From Candidatus Latescibacterota bacterium (GTDB taxonomy: Bacteria > Latescibacterota > UBA2968), in contig OZ240241.1 in NCBI GenBank assembly GCA_965198115.1, forward strand, positions 5,088,001 to 5,152,000: a stretch of DNA of 64,000 nt, given 5' to 3'. The position numbers and the translations under genes were made by a program. How positions within the stretch are numbered: the first letter of the stretch is position 1; the number at the start of each line of letters is the position of its first letter. The notes under the pieces are model-generated. The model made no database searches, was not told where the DNA came from, and worked only from the letters and a program-made list of their open reading frames with translations. Shown here piece after piece: positions 10,054 to 19,615 of this stretch.

Positions 10054-10481
10054 GATGATTTGTGACAACGACTTCGCATCCATGCGGGGACATTCTGGTC
10101 CGCCCAATCCTTGTATGCATTACCAATTCGTGCTCCACTCTTTTGCGACCAAAAGAGTGGCAGAAAAGTCCCGCTCAGGCGCCGCGGCGGCTGGTGGCCT
10201 CGGCCGGCAGTTTATGCAGTGGCAAGGACGAACATCGAGTAGCCGATGTGCTCCACCCCGCTCCCTTGTTGTCCGCCGATATCTGGTCTCTTCACAGAAG
10301 AAGCTCTAAAGCTTTTGCACTGGCGGACTAGCCACCGTAGTGAGGTGGAAGGAATACCGGAGCCGCCTGTCGCCTTCCCCTCGGCGCCATCCTGTGGGCA
10401 AGCGAGGATTTTAAGGGGTCCACGTTCTGCAATAGATTCTGACCGCGTTCGAGCGAGGACATTTAGCTATGGGCATCCAAC

Positions 10482-11144
10482 TTGAGTAGGGTGGATTGGA
10501 AACGGCACGGCGTGGAGTTAGCCGTGGTCTTCGTCGGGGTGACGCTGGCGTTCATGCTGGACAGCTGGCGGGACGACCAGAAACGGGTGGAGCTCGAGCG
10601 GAACTATCTGGTGAGCTTCAGTGCTGATCTGGAACGGGACAAGCACGATATCGATTCCCTGCTCGCCGTGACCGATCGTGTCAGGGAGGACGCCATCCGT
10701 CTGGGGGGCATGCTCGCAGAAGGGGCGTCCGTCCATCCAGACACGGTGACGGCTCTGCTTTCCGGTGCGATGACGATCGCACAACTGCCACGGAACAGAA
10801 GCACGTATGTTTCCATTTCGAGCAGCGGGAACCTCGGCGTCATCACGAGCTACGCCCTCAGAGAACACGTGGTCACCTACTACCAACTGCTCGACAGAAC
10901 GGAACTGGCCGTGCGGGTCTCGAACGATTTTCTGAACGACTACATCATTCCGCTCTTTGTCGATCATCTGGATTTCGTTACCCAGAAGTGGGAGCCCGCG
11001 GACGTGGTTAGCTCTTCGCGGTTTCGAAATGTCGTGATCGGATACGGTCAGCTCGCCACGCAAAATGTGGCAGCCTACGAGAAAGTGGCGGCGGCACGTG
11101 ACACGCTGGCCCAACTCGTTCATCGAGAGCTGGACACACGATGA
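10482..11144 (+). CDS. Hypothetical membrane-anchored helical protein (DUF6090-like)
   Basis: ELAVVFVGVTLAFMLDSW TM segment followed by coiled region and STY..SSGNLGVI motif; stop overlaps ispDF start. Confidence 0.7.
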   Translation: MSRVDWKRHGVELAVVFVGVTLAFMLDSWRDDQKRVELERNYLVSFSADLERDKHDIDSLLAVTDRVREDAIRLGGMLAEGASVHPDTVTALLSGAMTIAQLPRNRSTYVSISSSGNLGVITSYALREHVVTYYQLLDRTELAVRVSNDFLNDYIIPLFVDHLDFVTQKWEPADVVSSSRFRNVVIGYGQLATQNVAAYEKVAAARDTLAQLVHRELDTR

Positions 11145-12316
11145 TCTGTTACGCCATTATCCTCGCCGGGGGATCGGGGAGCCGGATGGGGGGCGAAGAA
11201 CCAAAACAGTTTCTCGAATTGGCGGGACGGCCGATACTGGCCTACGCGCTGGAGGCATTCGAGGCGAGCGACGCTGTGGACGGCATCATCGTGGTCGGCC
11301 CGGCCGATCGCCTGGATGCCTGCGAAGCCTTGTCGCGTCAGATGGGATGTCGTAAAATGAAAGACATCGTGCCGGGCGGTGCCGAGCGCCAGGATTCGGT
11401 CCGATGCGGTCTTCACGCGTTGCCCGACGACGTCGATCTGGTTGCCGTTCACGACGGCGCCCGTCCGCTGGTTGAACCCGAAGACATCGAGCGCGTGATC
11501 GATGCTGCTCACGATTCGGGCGCGGCGGTTGTTGGAATGAAGTTGACGGACACAGTTAAGCGAATCGCCGAAGATCGTGTGGAGGAAACGCTGGATCGAG
11601 CGACGCTCCGGGCGGTTCAGACCCCTCAGGCTTTTCGTGTGTCGCTCCTTCGGGAGGCCCAGGCTCGAGCCGCTCGTGACGGCTTCGTCGGGACCGATGA
11701 TGCGGTTTTGGTCGAGCGGATCGGCCGTCCAGTCGCAGTTCTGGAGGGGTCGTCCGAAAACATCAAGGTGACCGTGCCGGAGGATCTCGAGCGCGTCGAA
11801 GCGATTCTACGCAGAAGGGAAGGTCAGACGGCCACTCAACGGATCGGCATGGGGTACGACGTCCACCGGCTGGTGGAGGGGCGACCGCTCGTGCTCGGAG
11901 GGGTCGAAGTCCCGTTCGATCGGGGTCTGCTCGGGCATTCCGATGCGGACGTCCTGATTCACGTGGTGATTGACGCGTTGCTCGGCGCGATTGGGGCGGG
12001 TGACATCGGTCGCCATTTTCCAGATACGGACGAGCGCTACAAGGACATTTCCAGCATCGTCCTGCTCGAGCGAACGGCCGATGTGCTTCGGGAACGAAAG
12101 GCGTCGATCGTTAACATCGACGCGACGGTGATGGCTGAACAGCCCAAACTGGCGCCACACATTCCCCAGATGGAAGCCAACATCGGCAGGGCACTCGGCG
12201 TGGAGCGTTCAAAGGTGTCGGTTAAAGCGACGACGACGGAGACGCTCGGGTTCGTAGGGCGCGAGGAAGGGGTTGCGGCTCAGGCGGTGGCGATGGTAAA
12301 CGAACATGGAAGATAG
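11141..12316 (+). CDS. ispDF: Bifunctional IspD/IspF (MEP pathway)
   Basis: LAGGSGSRMG, VHDGARP, VQTPQ, NIKVT followed by IGMGYDVH, GHSDADV, GDIGRHFP, KATTTE. Confidence 0.97.
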   Translation: MICYAIILAGGSGSRMGGEEPKQFLELAGRPILAYALEAFEASDAVDGIIVVGPADRLDACEALSRQMGCRKMKDIVPGGAERQDSVRCGLHALPDDVDLVAVHDGARPLVEPEDIERVIDAAHDSGAAVVGMKLTDTVKRIAEDRVEETLDRATLRAVQTPQAFRVSLLREAQARAARDGFVGTDDAVLVERIGRPVAVLEGSSENIKVTVPEDLERVEAILRRREGQTATQRIGMGYDVHRLVEGRPLVLGGVEVPFDRGLLGHSDADVLIHVVIDALLGAIGAGDIGRHFPDTDERYKDISSIVLLERTADVLRERKASIVNIDATVMAEQPKLAPHIPQMEANIGRALGVERSKVSVKATTTETLGFVGREEGVAAQAVAMVNEHGR

Positions 12317-12350
12317 AACATTGAGGGTCGGACATTTTCAATGTTCTATC
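12312..12350. repeat. Perfect 13-bp inverted repeat (hairpin) after ispDF
   Basis: GATAGAACATTGA ... TCAATGTTCTATC; the 12-mer CAATGTTCTATC recurs at ~61173. Confidence 0.7.
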
Positions 12351-12368
12351 TTCATTCTTAAATGATTA

Positions 12369-13031
12369 ATGGAGTTTTTTTCACAACAGTGGGATGCGTT
12401 TCTGGTGTATCTGAATGCGGCGCCGCCGAACTGGATTTATTTCTTCCTGTTCCTCGGCGCGTTCTTGGAGAACATCGTTCCGCCGATTCCGGGTGATACT
12501 CTGATCGTTTTCGGCGCGTATCTCGCGGGGATGGGCGTGATCAAGGTTCTGCCGGCCTACGTAGTCATGTGGGTCGGGAGCGCGGTCGGATGTCTCGTGG
12601 TCTACGCGCTGGCCTACGCCAAAGGTCGAGATTTCTTCCTTCGTGTCGAAGCACGATTCTTCGATGAATCGAAGTTGGAAACGGCCGAGGTGTGGTTCGA
12701 GCGGTATGGTGTTCGGATCGTCATCTTCAATCGCTTTCTACCGACGGTTCGGGCCTTCGTCGGTATCGTGGCCGGCATTATTCGAATGCATCCCGTTCGA
12801 ATGGTGGCCTATGTCACACTTGGAACTTTCCTGTGGAACAGTCTGCTGGTTTTCTTCGGGCTGAAAGTCGGTGAGAACTGGCAACTCGTCATCAAAGTAC
12901 TAAAGACTTACAATCAAGTGGTGATCGGTCTCGCGGTGGTGCTCATTGGCGGATACTACGGGTGGAAGCGGTGGCGGAGGGCGCGCGATGACGATCGTGG
13001 AGGGGATGGGGAAGAGCAGAGTGCTGCTTGA
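12369..13031 (+). CDS. DedA-family membrane protein
   Basis: FLENIVPPIPGD, WFERYG, RFLPTVR..VAG motifs. Confidence 0.92.
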   Translation: MEFFSQQWDAFLVYLNAAPPNWIYFFLFLGAFLENIVPPIPGDTLIVFGAYLAGMGVIKVLPAYVVMWVGSAVGCLVVYALAYAKGRDFFLRVEARFFDESKLETAEVWFERYGVRIVIFNRFLPTVRAFVGIVAGIIRMHPVRMVAYVTLGTFLWNSLLVFFGLKVGENWQLVIKVLKTYNQVVIGLAVVLIGGYYGWKRWRRARDDDRGGDGEEQSAA

Positions 13032-13032
13032 G

Positions 13033-13261
13033 ATTGACCAGTGACAGGTGACCAATGACCATTGACCAAAGTAGATGACAGATGACAGGGGACAGAAGAG
13101 CAGAACGGGAGACGGGGCGAACGGCACAGCGGGCGTGACAATGAATCATCGTTTGCGGTGGGAGCGGCCTCCCGGCCGCGAACTGGTAGTCGGTGGACAG
13201 TAGACGAATAGACGGCTTCGCCGCTATGACTTCACCCGTTCTCTCCTTCCCCGTCACCCGC
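13033..13261. repeat. Intergenic mosaic of several 7-nt-period repeat families plus REP-like palindrome
   Basis: TGACCAGTGACAGGTGACCAATGACCATTGACC; GACAGATGACAGGGGACAGAAG; AACGGGAGACGGGGCGAACGG with inverse TTCACCCGTT...CCCCGTCACCCG; GTGGGAGCGGCCTCCCGGCCGCGA at 13158-13181. Confidence 0.8.
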
Positions 13262-13283
13262 TCAGCATCTATGAAGGAAATCG

Positions 13284-14384
13284 ATGGGTAAGAAGATCAG
13301 ATTAGGCATTCTGTTCGGGGGTCGGTCGGCAGAGCACGAGATCTCGGTCCAGTCGGCGCGGAACATTGTGGATGCGCTCGACAAGGACAAGTACGAGGTC
13401 GTGCTGATCGGAATCGACAAGAGGGGGCAGTGGTCCTTGAATGAAGGGGCTCTGCCCCTGTTGGCATCGGGCGATGGAGACCTGCCGTCCTTCGAGGGGA
13501 ATGAAGAGCAGCGTGTGACGCTGGTTTCGGAATCGGGTGGCGGCGAACTGGTGAAAACGTCGAACAACGAGCATCTGGGAACGGTCGATGTGGTTTTTCC
13601 GATTCTACACGGGCCGTATGGAGAAGACGGTACGGTCCAGGGCATGCTCAAACTATTCGACGTTCCATTCGTGGGAGGCGGCGTGCTGGGGTCCGCTGTC
13701 GGGCTGGACAAGGATGTGATGAAGCGATTGCTGCGGGATGCGGGGATTCCGATCGGGGACTTCCGCTGTGTTCACGCACACGCTCGAGACCGGGTGACGT
13801 TCGAATCGTTGGCGGAGGCATTGGGCGTTCCAATGTTCGTGAAGCCGGCGAATATGGGATCTTCGGTCGGGATCAGCAAGGTGGCCGACGCCGAAGAATA
13901 CCAGGCTGCGATGGACGAGGCCTTGAAGTATGACACCAAGGTTATCGTGGAAGCGAACGTGGCAGGGAGGGAAATCGAGTGCGCGGTCCTGGGGAACGAA
14001 TCCCCGATCGTTTCTGTCGTGGGCGAAGTCATTCCTCACCACGACTTCTACTCATATGAAGCCAAGTACATCGACGAAAACGGGGCCGCTCTGGTCATTC
14101 CGGCCGGTCTTCCAGAAGAGATCACGCAGCAGGCAAAGGACCTCGCGATCGAAACCTTCCAGGTGCTCTGCTGCGAGGGCATGGCACGGGTAGATCTCTT
14201 TCTGACACCAGACAATCATCTCGTCCTGAACGAGATCAACACGATCCCAGGCTTTACGCGAATCAGCATGTACCCCAAGCTGTTCGAGGCGAGTGGGGTG
14301 TCCTATTCAGAATTGATTGATCGTCTCGTGCAGCTGGCCATTGCGCGGCACGAACGAGACGTGGGGTTGAAGACGAGTCGCTAG
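13284..14384 (+). CDS. ddl: D-alanine--D-alanine ligase
   Basis: GGRSAEHEIS, HGPYGEDG, KPANMGSSVG, FYSYEAKY, NEINTIPGFT..SMYP. Confidence 0.97.
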   Translation: MGKKIRLGILFGGRSAEHEISVQSARNIVDALDKDKYEVVLIGIDKRGQWSLNEGALPLLASGDGDLPSFEGNEEQRVTLVSESGGGELVKTSNNEHLGTVDVVFPILHGPYGEDGTVQGMLKLFDVPFVGGGVLGSAVGLDKDVMKRLLRDAGIPIGDFRCVHAHARDRVTFESLAEALGVPMFVKPANMGSSVGISKVADAEEYQAAMDEALKYDTKVIVEANVAGREIECAVLGNESPIVSVVGEVIPHHDFYSYEAKYIDENGAALVIPAGLPEEITQQAKDLAIETFQVLCCEGMARVDLFLTPDNHLVLNEINTIPGFTRISMYPKLFEASGVSYSELIDRLVQLAIARHERDVGLKTSR

Positions 14385-14519
14385 GCGCGGTTATCGGGCA
14401 ACCCACGGGCCGCAACCATTTCCGGTTGGGGCCATTTTATTTACAGTGTGCCGAAATTGTGTTGTACCTCGCGAAGTTCTGGGGTGAAATGGCAATTTTG
14501 GGGATGAGTAGGCTACGCT

Positions 14520-16493
14520 AAACATCTCAGCTAACCTGATGGGGGGGGCATCCAGATCGAATTGCAGGTCTGTGACAGCGTCGGGGTTGGGCCCGCCGTT
14601 TGGCGTCCGGTCTTATCGGATCCTGACGTGGTCACTGGGGAGGTCCGTCCAGTACCGGACCCATAAAGCAAGTTGTGACCAACGCCGTTGGAATTGGGTT
14701 CAGCGGCGTTTCTGTGTTTGCACCGAAGTAAACCAAGACAGTGCGGAAATTGTCTGGACCCCTCCAATAGAAGGCCAGAGAACCCGTGTGGCCAAAAGAT
14801 ACGGTAGTAGTAGCAGCGGGTAGCGTGGTCCAAATAGCGACGGCCAATACTTAGTGCATGGTTTCATAAATATTATTACGTATGTCCTGAACATTATTTG
14901 TAGCTTATGTTCTCCTTCAAAAGGAGGAGAACAATGCCAAGACGTTCGCCTTATGTGGTGCTACTGTCTGAGAAGGAACAGGTCGACCTCGAGCGAATGG
15001 CTGGACAATATACGTTACCGTATTATCAAGTGATCCGATCGAAAATCGTGCTTCTCGCCGCCGAGGGATTATCCAACAAGATTATCGCCCAACGGTTGGA
15101 TGTCCCGCGTCCGATCGTAAGCAAATGGCGTAAGCGCTTTTTCGAAGAGCGTCTTTCGGGACTCGAAGATAGATCTCGTCCCGGGCGCCCGCCCGGTTTT
15201 CCCCCCTCAGGTGGTCGTTCAGATCAAGGCGCTGGCGTGTGAACTACCGAGCGAGAGCGGGATACCGCTCTCGCGGTTCAGCTGTTCCGAGATTGCCGCC
15301 GAGGCAGTGCAAAGGGGCTTCGTTGCCAAGATCAGCGGCGCCACTGTCTGGCGCTGGTTGAACGAGGACGCGATTCGTCCTTGGTATCATCGCTCCTGGA
15401 TTTTCCCACGGGACCCGGACTTCCAAACCAAAGCAGGTAGAGTCCTTGATCTGTATCACCGCCAATGGCAAGGAAAGCCTTTAGGGCCGAGGGAATATGT
15501 ACTTTCTGCCGACGAAAAGACCAGTATTCAAGCACGAGCTCGCAAGCACGTTACCCTACCGCCAGCCTCGAACAGAGCGGCACGCGTTGAAACACGAATA
15601 CGAGCGGAAAGGAGCCCTGGCCTATCTGGCTGCTCTCGACGTGCACAATGGTCGAATCTTCGGTCTCTGTGAGTCTTCTTCGGGTATCGAGCCCTTCAAC
15701 CGGCTCCTGAGCCTGATCATGAGCCGGAAACCCTATTGCTCGGCAAAGAAAGTCTACCTCATCGTGGATAATGGCTCCTCGCACCGAGGGCAAACATGCA
15801 TCGACCGTATCCAGGGGAAGTGGCCAAACATCCACCCCGTTCACCTTCCGATCCACGCAAGCTGGCTCAATCAGATCGAGATCTACTTCTCGATCCTCAA
15901 ACGCAAGGCTCTGACACCTATCGAATTTGCATCGCTCGAAGAGCTTGAGGCAAGAATCCTCGGTTTTCAGGAACGCTACGGACGTATCGCCACACCCTTC
16001 AAATGGAAGTTCACACGAACAGATCTCGCGGAGATGATCGACAAACTCAGGTTCTACGATACGCCCTTGGCAAAGTCTGCTTAGAATACGTCACCGTATT
16101 TGCGAACAGGAGTACTAAGAGAGTGTCAGTATTCCTTCGTTGGGGGTGGACGCACGAATACGGCAGCGAGTTCGTATGACAATCAGGTCTATGGCCCCGG
16201 TGAATTGTTGAAGCTGAGGCCGATAAGCTTCACCTGGCGATCAGCCGTCGCAAGGCAGAAAGTTGGGGCTCGTCGCGCAGGAGGTTCGAGAGATCATCCG
16301 GGAGGCGGTGGTCGAAGGAGATGACGAGCAGAAGATGCTGGGCATGAACAACAGTGACCTGATGCCCGTTCTGATCAGAGGCGTTCAGGAGCAGCAGACG
16401 ATCATCGACGACCAGAAGCGGAAGCTCGAAGCCATGGAAGCGCGGCTGGCGCGACTCGAGCGAGTACTGGAGACACGACTCTCGTCGCGTTGA
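14520..16493 (+). pseudogene. Decayed secreted protein with C-terminal peptidase-S74 (intramolecular chaperone) domain, interrupted by IS630
   Basis: After the IS: YSFVGGGRTNTA, LLKLRPISFTW (frameshift) LGLVAQEVREII..AV..LGMN..LMPVLIRGVQE plus coiled coil; the fragment before the IS is stop-riddled and only tentatively part of the same gene. Confidence 0.65.
14852..16117 (+). mobile_element. IS630-family element (split HTH/DDE transposase)
   Basis: orfA HTH from ~14934, TTTTCCCCCC slippery site at ~15196, DEK..., VDN..SH and WLNQIE DDE motifs; imperfect IRs TAGTGC..AAATA..ACGTAT / ATACGT..TATTT..GTACTA. Confidence 0.92.
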
Positions 16494-16517
16494 GGGTTCA
16501 CCAAAGGAGCGGACACC

Positions 16518-17006
16518 ATGCTGAGTCCTGCCCAGGTATCCCACAGACTCAAGATTGCATCGAAAATCCCGTTCATGGACGACCTGTCGGCCTCCCAGAT
16601 TGACCGGCTGCTGCAGTCCGGCAAGATTCGCTCCTTGGATGCGGGGCAGTTCCTGTGCAAGGCGGGCGACAACAGCAACGCCCTTTGGATTCTGCTCGCA
16701 GGCAAGCTCTCGATCCTGAGTGGTGATTTTGAGCTGACGGTGATCGACAGGGTCGACATCTTGGGCGAGATGGGTTTGGTGACGGGGCTGTCACGATCGG
16801 CCAGCATGAAGGCGATTCAGGATGTCGTGCTCCTCGAGATCCTGAAGCTGCGTCTTGATTCGCTGTTGAAGAAGGACATCGACCTGGAGCGAAAGGTCTA
16901 TCGCAACATGATGCGATCGCTCTGTCAAAAGCTGCGCTCTACGAGCACGCGGCTGGCGGAGGATATGACGAAGGCCGACCGCGAAGTCATGGCGGCCCTG
17001 TCCTGA
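16518..17006 (+). CDS. Cyclic nucleotide-binding (CAP effector) domain protein, no HTH
   Basis: IPFM..L, LCKAGD, ILLAGKL, LGEMGL....RSAS motifs; AAGGAG RBS. Confidence 0.88.
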   Translation: MLSPAQVSHRLKIASKIPFMDDLSASQIDRLLQSGKIRSLDAGQFLCKAGDNSNALWILLAGKLSILSGDFELTVIDRVDILGEMGLVTGLSRSASMKAIQDVVLLEILKLRLDSLLKKDIDLERKVYRNMMRSLCQKLRSTSTRLAEDMTKADREVMAALS

Positions 17007-17500
17007 GGATCGGATAAAAGCTTCTCCGAAGATGTGACACGGATCTGATTGGCGGGCTGATATGACCAGAGATGTGGACTTCGCGGATTTCGCGCGAGGT
17101 TACCGCCGCACCGCTGTTCGTGTAAATGGACGTGGCCTGGGGGATGCCGTGTTGGGATCCATCGACGAGGGCACCAGGGAGCGCGTGGCGTACTCTGCGA
17201 CTCCAGAGAGGATCGTGGTCTCCGAGAGCAATTGAGGGCGAGATCGTTCGTGTCGGCTATTGATCACCCCAGCGGCGGTCCGAGAGGATCGCCGCTTATT
17301 GTTTGGGCCGAAACTATACTCGGGGCTGCAGGGTCCAATCGATGAGGCCAGATCGGACCTCGAATTTGCCTATAGTTATGTGACAGGTTTTGCTGTTTGC
17401 GTGGCGCATTTCTCACTTTTCGCGAGGTGTGATCCCGGACACACTTTTCGTAAGTCCATACGAATCAACGGGCTGTCTCTTCCGATCGGCAAAGGCGCTG

Positions 17501-17518
17501 CTGGTACGGGCTTTGCAC
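17501..17518 (+). promoter_or_regulatory. Sigma54 (-24/-12) promoter
   Basis: CTGGTACGGGCTTTGCA = GG-N10-GC, near consensus TGGCACG-N4-TTGCW; ~48 bp upstream of ATG 17566. Confidence 0.7.
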
Positions 17519-17565
17519 TATGTCTGTGCAAGCTCGTAGTCAACCGTTTCGGTCAGGAGGAGACG

Positions 17566-17799
17566 ATGTCAAAGGCTCGCGTATTGGTCGTGGACGACGA
17601 CGTGATGCTCCGGGATTTCCTGGAGAACCGCCTGACCGGCGAAGGCTTCGAGGTTACCACGGCTCCTTCGCCCGGCAAGGATTCTGGAACCGAATACGAC
17701 CTGGTGCTTCAGAATATTGAGAAGCCCTTCAGCCTCGGGAAACTGAATCGCAAGATTCGATCCCTCATCCCCCAGCGATCACACCGTCGAGGCTTATGA
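17566..17799 (+). CDS. Miniature, internally deleted receiver-domain protein (77 aa)
   Basis: RVLVVDDD..LR..L...GFEV, YDLVLQN joined directly to IEKPFS; AGGAGG RBS. Confidence 0.7.
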   Translation: MSKARVLVVDDDVMLRDFLENRLTGEGFEVTTAPSPGKDSGTEYDLVLQNIEKPFSLGKLNRKIRSLIPQRSHRRGL

Positions 17800-17918
17800 T
17801 GAGACCTTTCGCGATCATCGGTGGGTTGGCGATCCTTGTTTTCGCTTTGGTCGGCTGGATTTTCAAGTCCGAGCCGTCCCGTTGGCCTGAGCAAGGGACC
17901 TTCGAGCAGCAAGCCTGA
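17796..17918 (+). CDS. Small single-pass membrane protein (40 aa)
   Basis: MMRPFAIIGGLAILVFALVGWIFKSEPSRWPEQGTFEQQA; ATGA overlap with upstream ORF. Confidence 0.55.
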   Translation: MMRPFAIIGGLAILVFALVGWIFKSEPSRWPEQGTFEQQA

Positions 17919-17926
17919 GAAAACCA

Positions 17927-18010
17927 TTAGGGAATTAGGGAATTGAGAAGCGTCGTTGCTCCCGTCCCTGACCCAGGAATTCCATGATTCCCTAATTGCT
18001 TAATTTCATA
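17927..18010. repeat. Inverted pair of ATTAGGG/AATTCC-type 7-nt repeats
   Basis: ATTAGGGAATTAGGGAATTGAGAA, then AATTCCATGATTCCCTAATTGCTTAATTT. Confidence 0.7.
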
Positions 18011-18019
18011 ATAGAATCT

Positions 18020-18096
18020 ACCCCACGTGGCCAAACCCTCCCTGGTCACCGTGACTCCTCCAAGCGCCGTCTTTTCCCCGGGACGGCGCATTTTTA
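18020..18096 (+). ncRNA. Candidate sRNA or structured 3'UTR with anti-SD loops and terminator
   Basis: 10-bp stem CACGTGGCCA/TGGTCA(C)CGTG with AACCCTCCC loop, ACTCCTCC linker, GCGCCGTC/GACGGCGC hairpin + T-run; TAGAAT just upstream. Confidence 0.4.
18064..18096 (+). terminator. Rho-independent terminator
   Basis: GCGCCGTC-loop-GACGGCGC followed by ATTTTT. Confidence 0.75.
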
Positions 18097-18150
18097 TTGA
18101 TCATCGAGATTCGAAGATCGAAGATTAAGGAGCGATAAGCGGGAAATCGA

Positions 18151-18179
18151 TTGCTGGCGTCCGAGCGGTTTGGTAATTT
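18151..18179 (+). promoter_or_regulatory. Probable sigma70 promoter of tRNA-Thr
   Basis: TTGCTG-N17-TAATTT ending ~10 bp upstream of the tRNA. Confidence 0.55.
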
Positions 18180-18189
18180 CTGGCCCTGT

Positions 18190-18265
18190 GCCGCCCTAGC
18201 TCAGCTGGTAGAGCAATGGATTTGTAATCCATAGGTCGGGGGTTCGAGTCCCCTGGGCGGCCCCA
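18190..18265 (+). tRNA. tRNA-Thr(TGT), copy 1, encoded CCA
   Basis: GCCGCCC/GGGCGGC acceptor stem, D-arm GCTCAGCTGGTAGAGC, anticodon arm ATGGA-TTTGTAA-TCCAT, GGTTCGAGTCC; 76 nt. Confidence 0.97.
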
Positions 18266-18296
18266 TACTACTTTCGTATAAACAACGATTTAACAA

Positions 18297-19615
18297 GGCT
18301 CTATCCGGGTTTCTCAACGGTGAAACTATAGAATGACAAGGTCATAGATCGTTCCCTACGCTTGGTTGTGTGTGTAGGACAATCAAAGCGAAGGGGGTGC
18401 GACCTATGACCGGGAGCAGATTACTATCGAAACTGCTGAGATTCAAGGGGTTCCGTGTTGTCAGCTGGTGGTTTGAGGGGAGAAGCTGTTTCGTCATCGC
18501 CGTAAAGCCCCATAAGAATGGTTGTTGTTGTCCGGAGTGCGGCTGTCGAGGTAAAATCGTCCGCACAATGCCCCATCCGCGTCGGTGGCGTGACATTCCG
18601 GTGTGCGGGTGGAGGGTCTGGCTTCTCTACCATCCTCGGGAGATTCGGTGTCCTACCCACGGTCGTGTGGTCGAGGAGATTCCGTGGGCGGAGCGGTTCT
18701 CTCGGGTGACGTATCGCTTCGAGTATGCCATGCTGCGCTACTGCCAGACCATGACGCAGAAGGCGGCGTCCGAGTTGCTGCGCATCTCTGCCTCGACGCT
18801 GTCGGATCTCCTTCACCGATCCATCACGCGGCTTCGTGAAGGTCATCGTATCCGAGGGCTCAAAACCATCGGGATCGACGAGATCTCCTACGCCAAGCGT
18901 CACAGGTACGCCACGCTCGTTTACGATCTGGACCGCTCCTGCGTGGTGTGGGTTGGCCGCGGCAGGGCGCGTAAAACGATCGATCGGTTCTTCACAGAGG
19001 CTCTCAGTCCCTACCGGAGATCCAAGATCGAGTGGGCCTGCTGCGACATGAGCGAAGCTTGAAGCTTACATCGGAGCCATCCAGGAACACTGTCCGAATG
19101 CCAAGCTGGTCCTCGATCGCTTTCACATCGTCAAGGCTCTCAATGCCGCCGTTGACGAGGTCCGTAAGGACCAGTGGCGTAAAGCTGCCCCGGATGAGCG
19201 CAAAGCCATGAAGGGCCTCCGATGGCTCCTCTACCGGCACTCAGCGACACGCTCCAGAGGGGATACTCGGACACTCAAAGCACTGGAGAAGGCGAACTAC
19301 CGAATCTATAGAGCCTGGAGACTCAAGGACGAGTTCGAGCAGTTCTGGGAATACAAAGCGCCCTGGGCTGCCGAACGCTTCCTGAAATGCTGGACGACGT
19401 CCGCACTCAGAAGTCGACTTGAACCCCTGCGAAAGTTCGTCAGGACCCTGCGACAGCACTTCTTCGGCGTCCTCGCATTCGTGAACACGCGTCTTACCAA
19501 CGCCATCGCCGAAGGCCTCAACCGAATCGTCCAAATCGTCAAGAACCGAGCCAGCGGATTCCGCACACTCGACGCATTACGATATGATCTTCCTTACCGT
19601 CGGAGACATAAACAT
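18297..19615 (+). mobile_element. ISL3-family element, copy A (3'-truncated, frameshifted)
   Basis: Left IR GGCTCTATCCGG; 7-bp duplication GAAGCTT at ~19054-19067 creates a stop; ends where copy B begins. Confidence 0.93.

Noticed and set aside
10054-10480. Long spacer after queA as a riboswitch or small gene
   Set aside because: No recognisable preQ1 or other motif and no convincing ORF
17010-17340. Possible decayed gene with a DVDFADF (dockerin/EF-hand-like) fragment
   Set aside because: Too short and interrupted by stops to support a call
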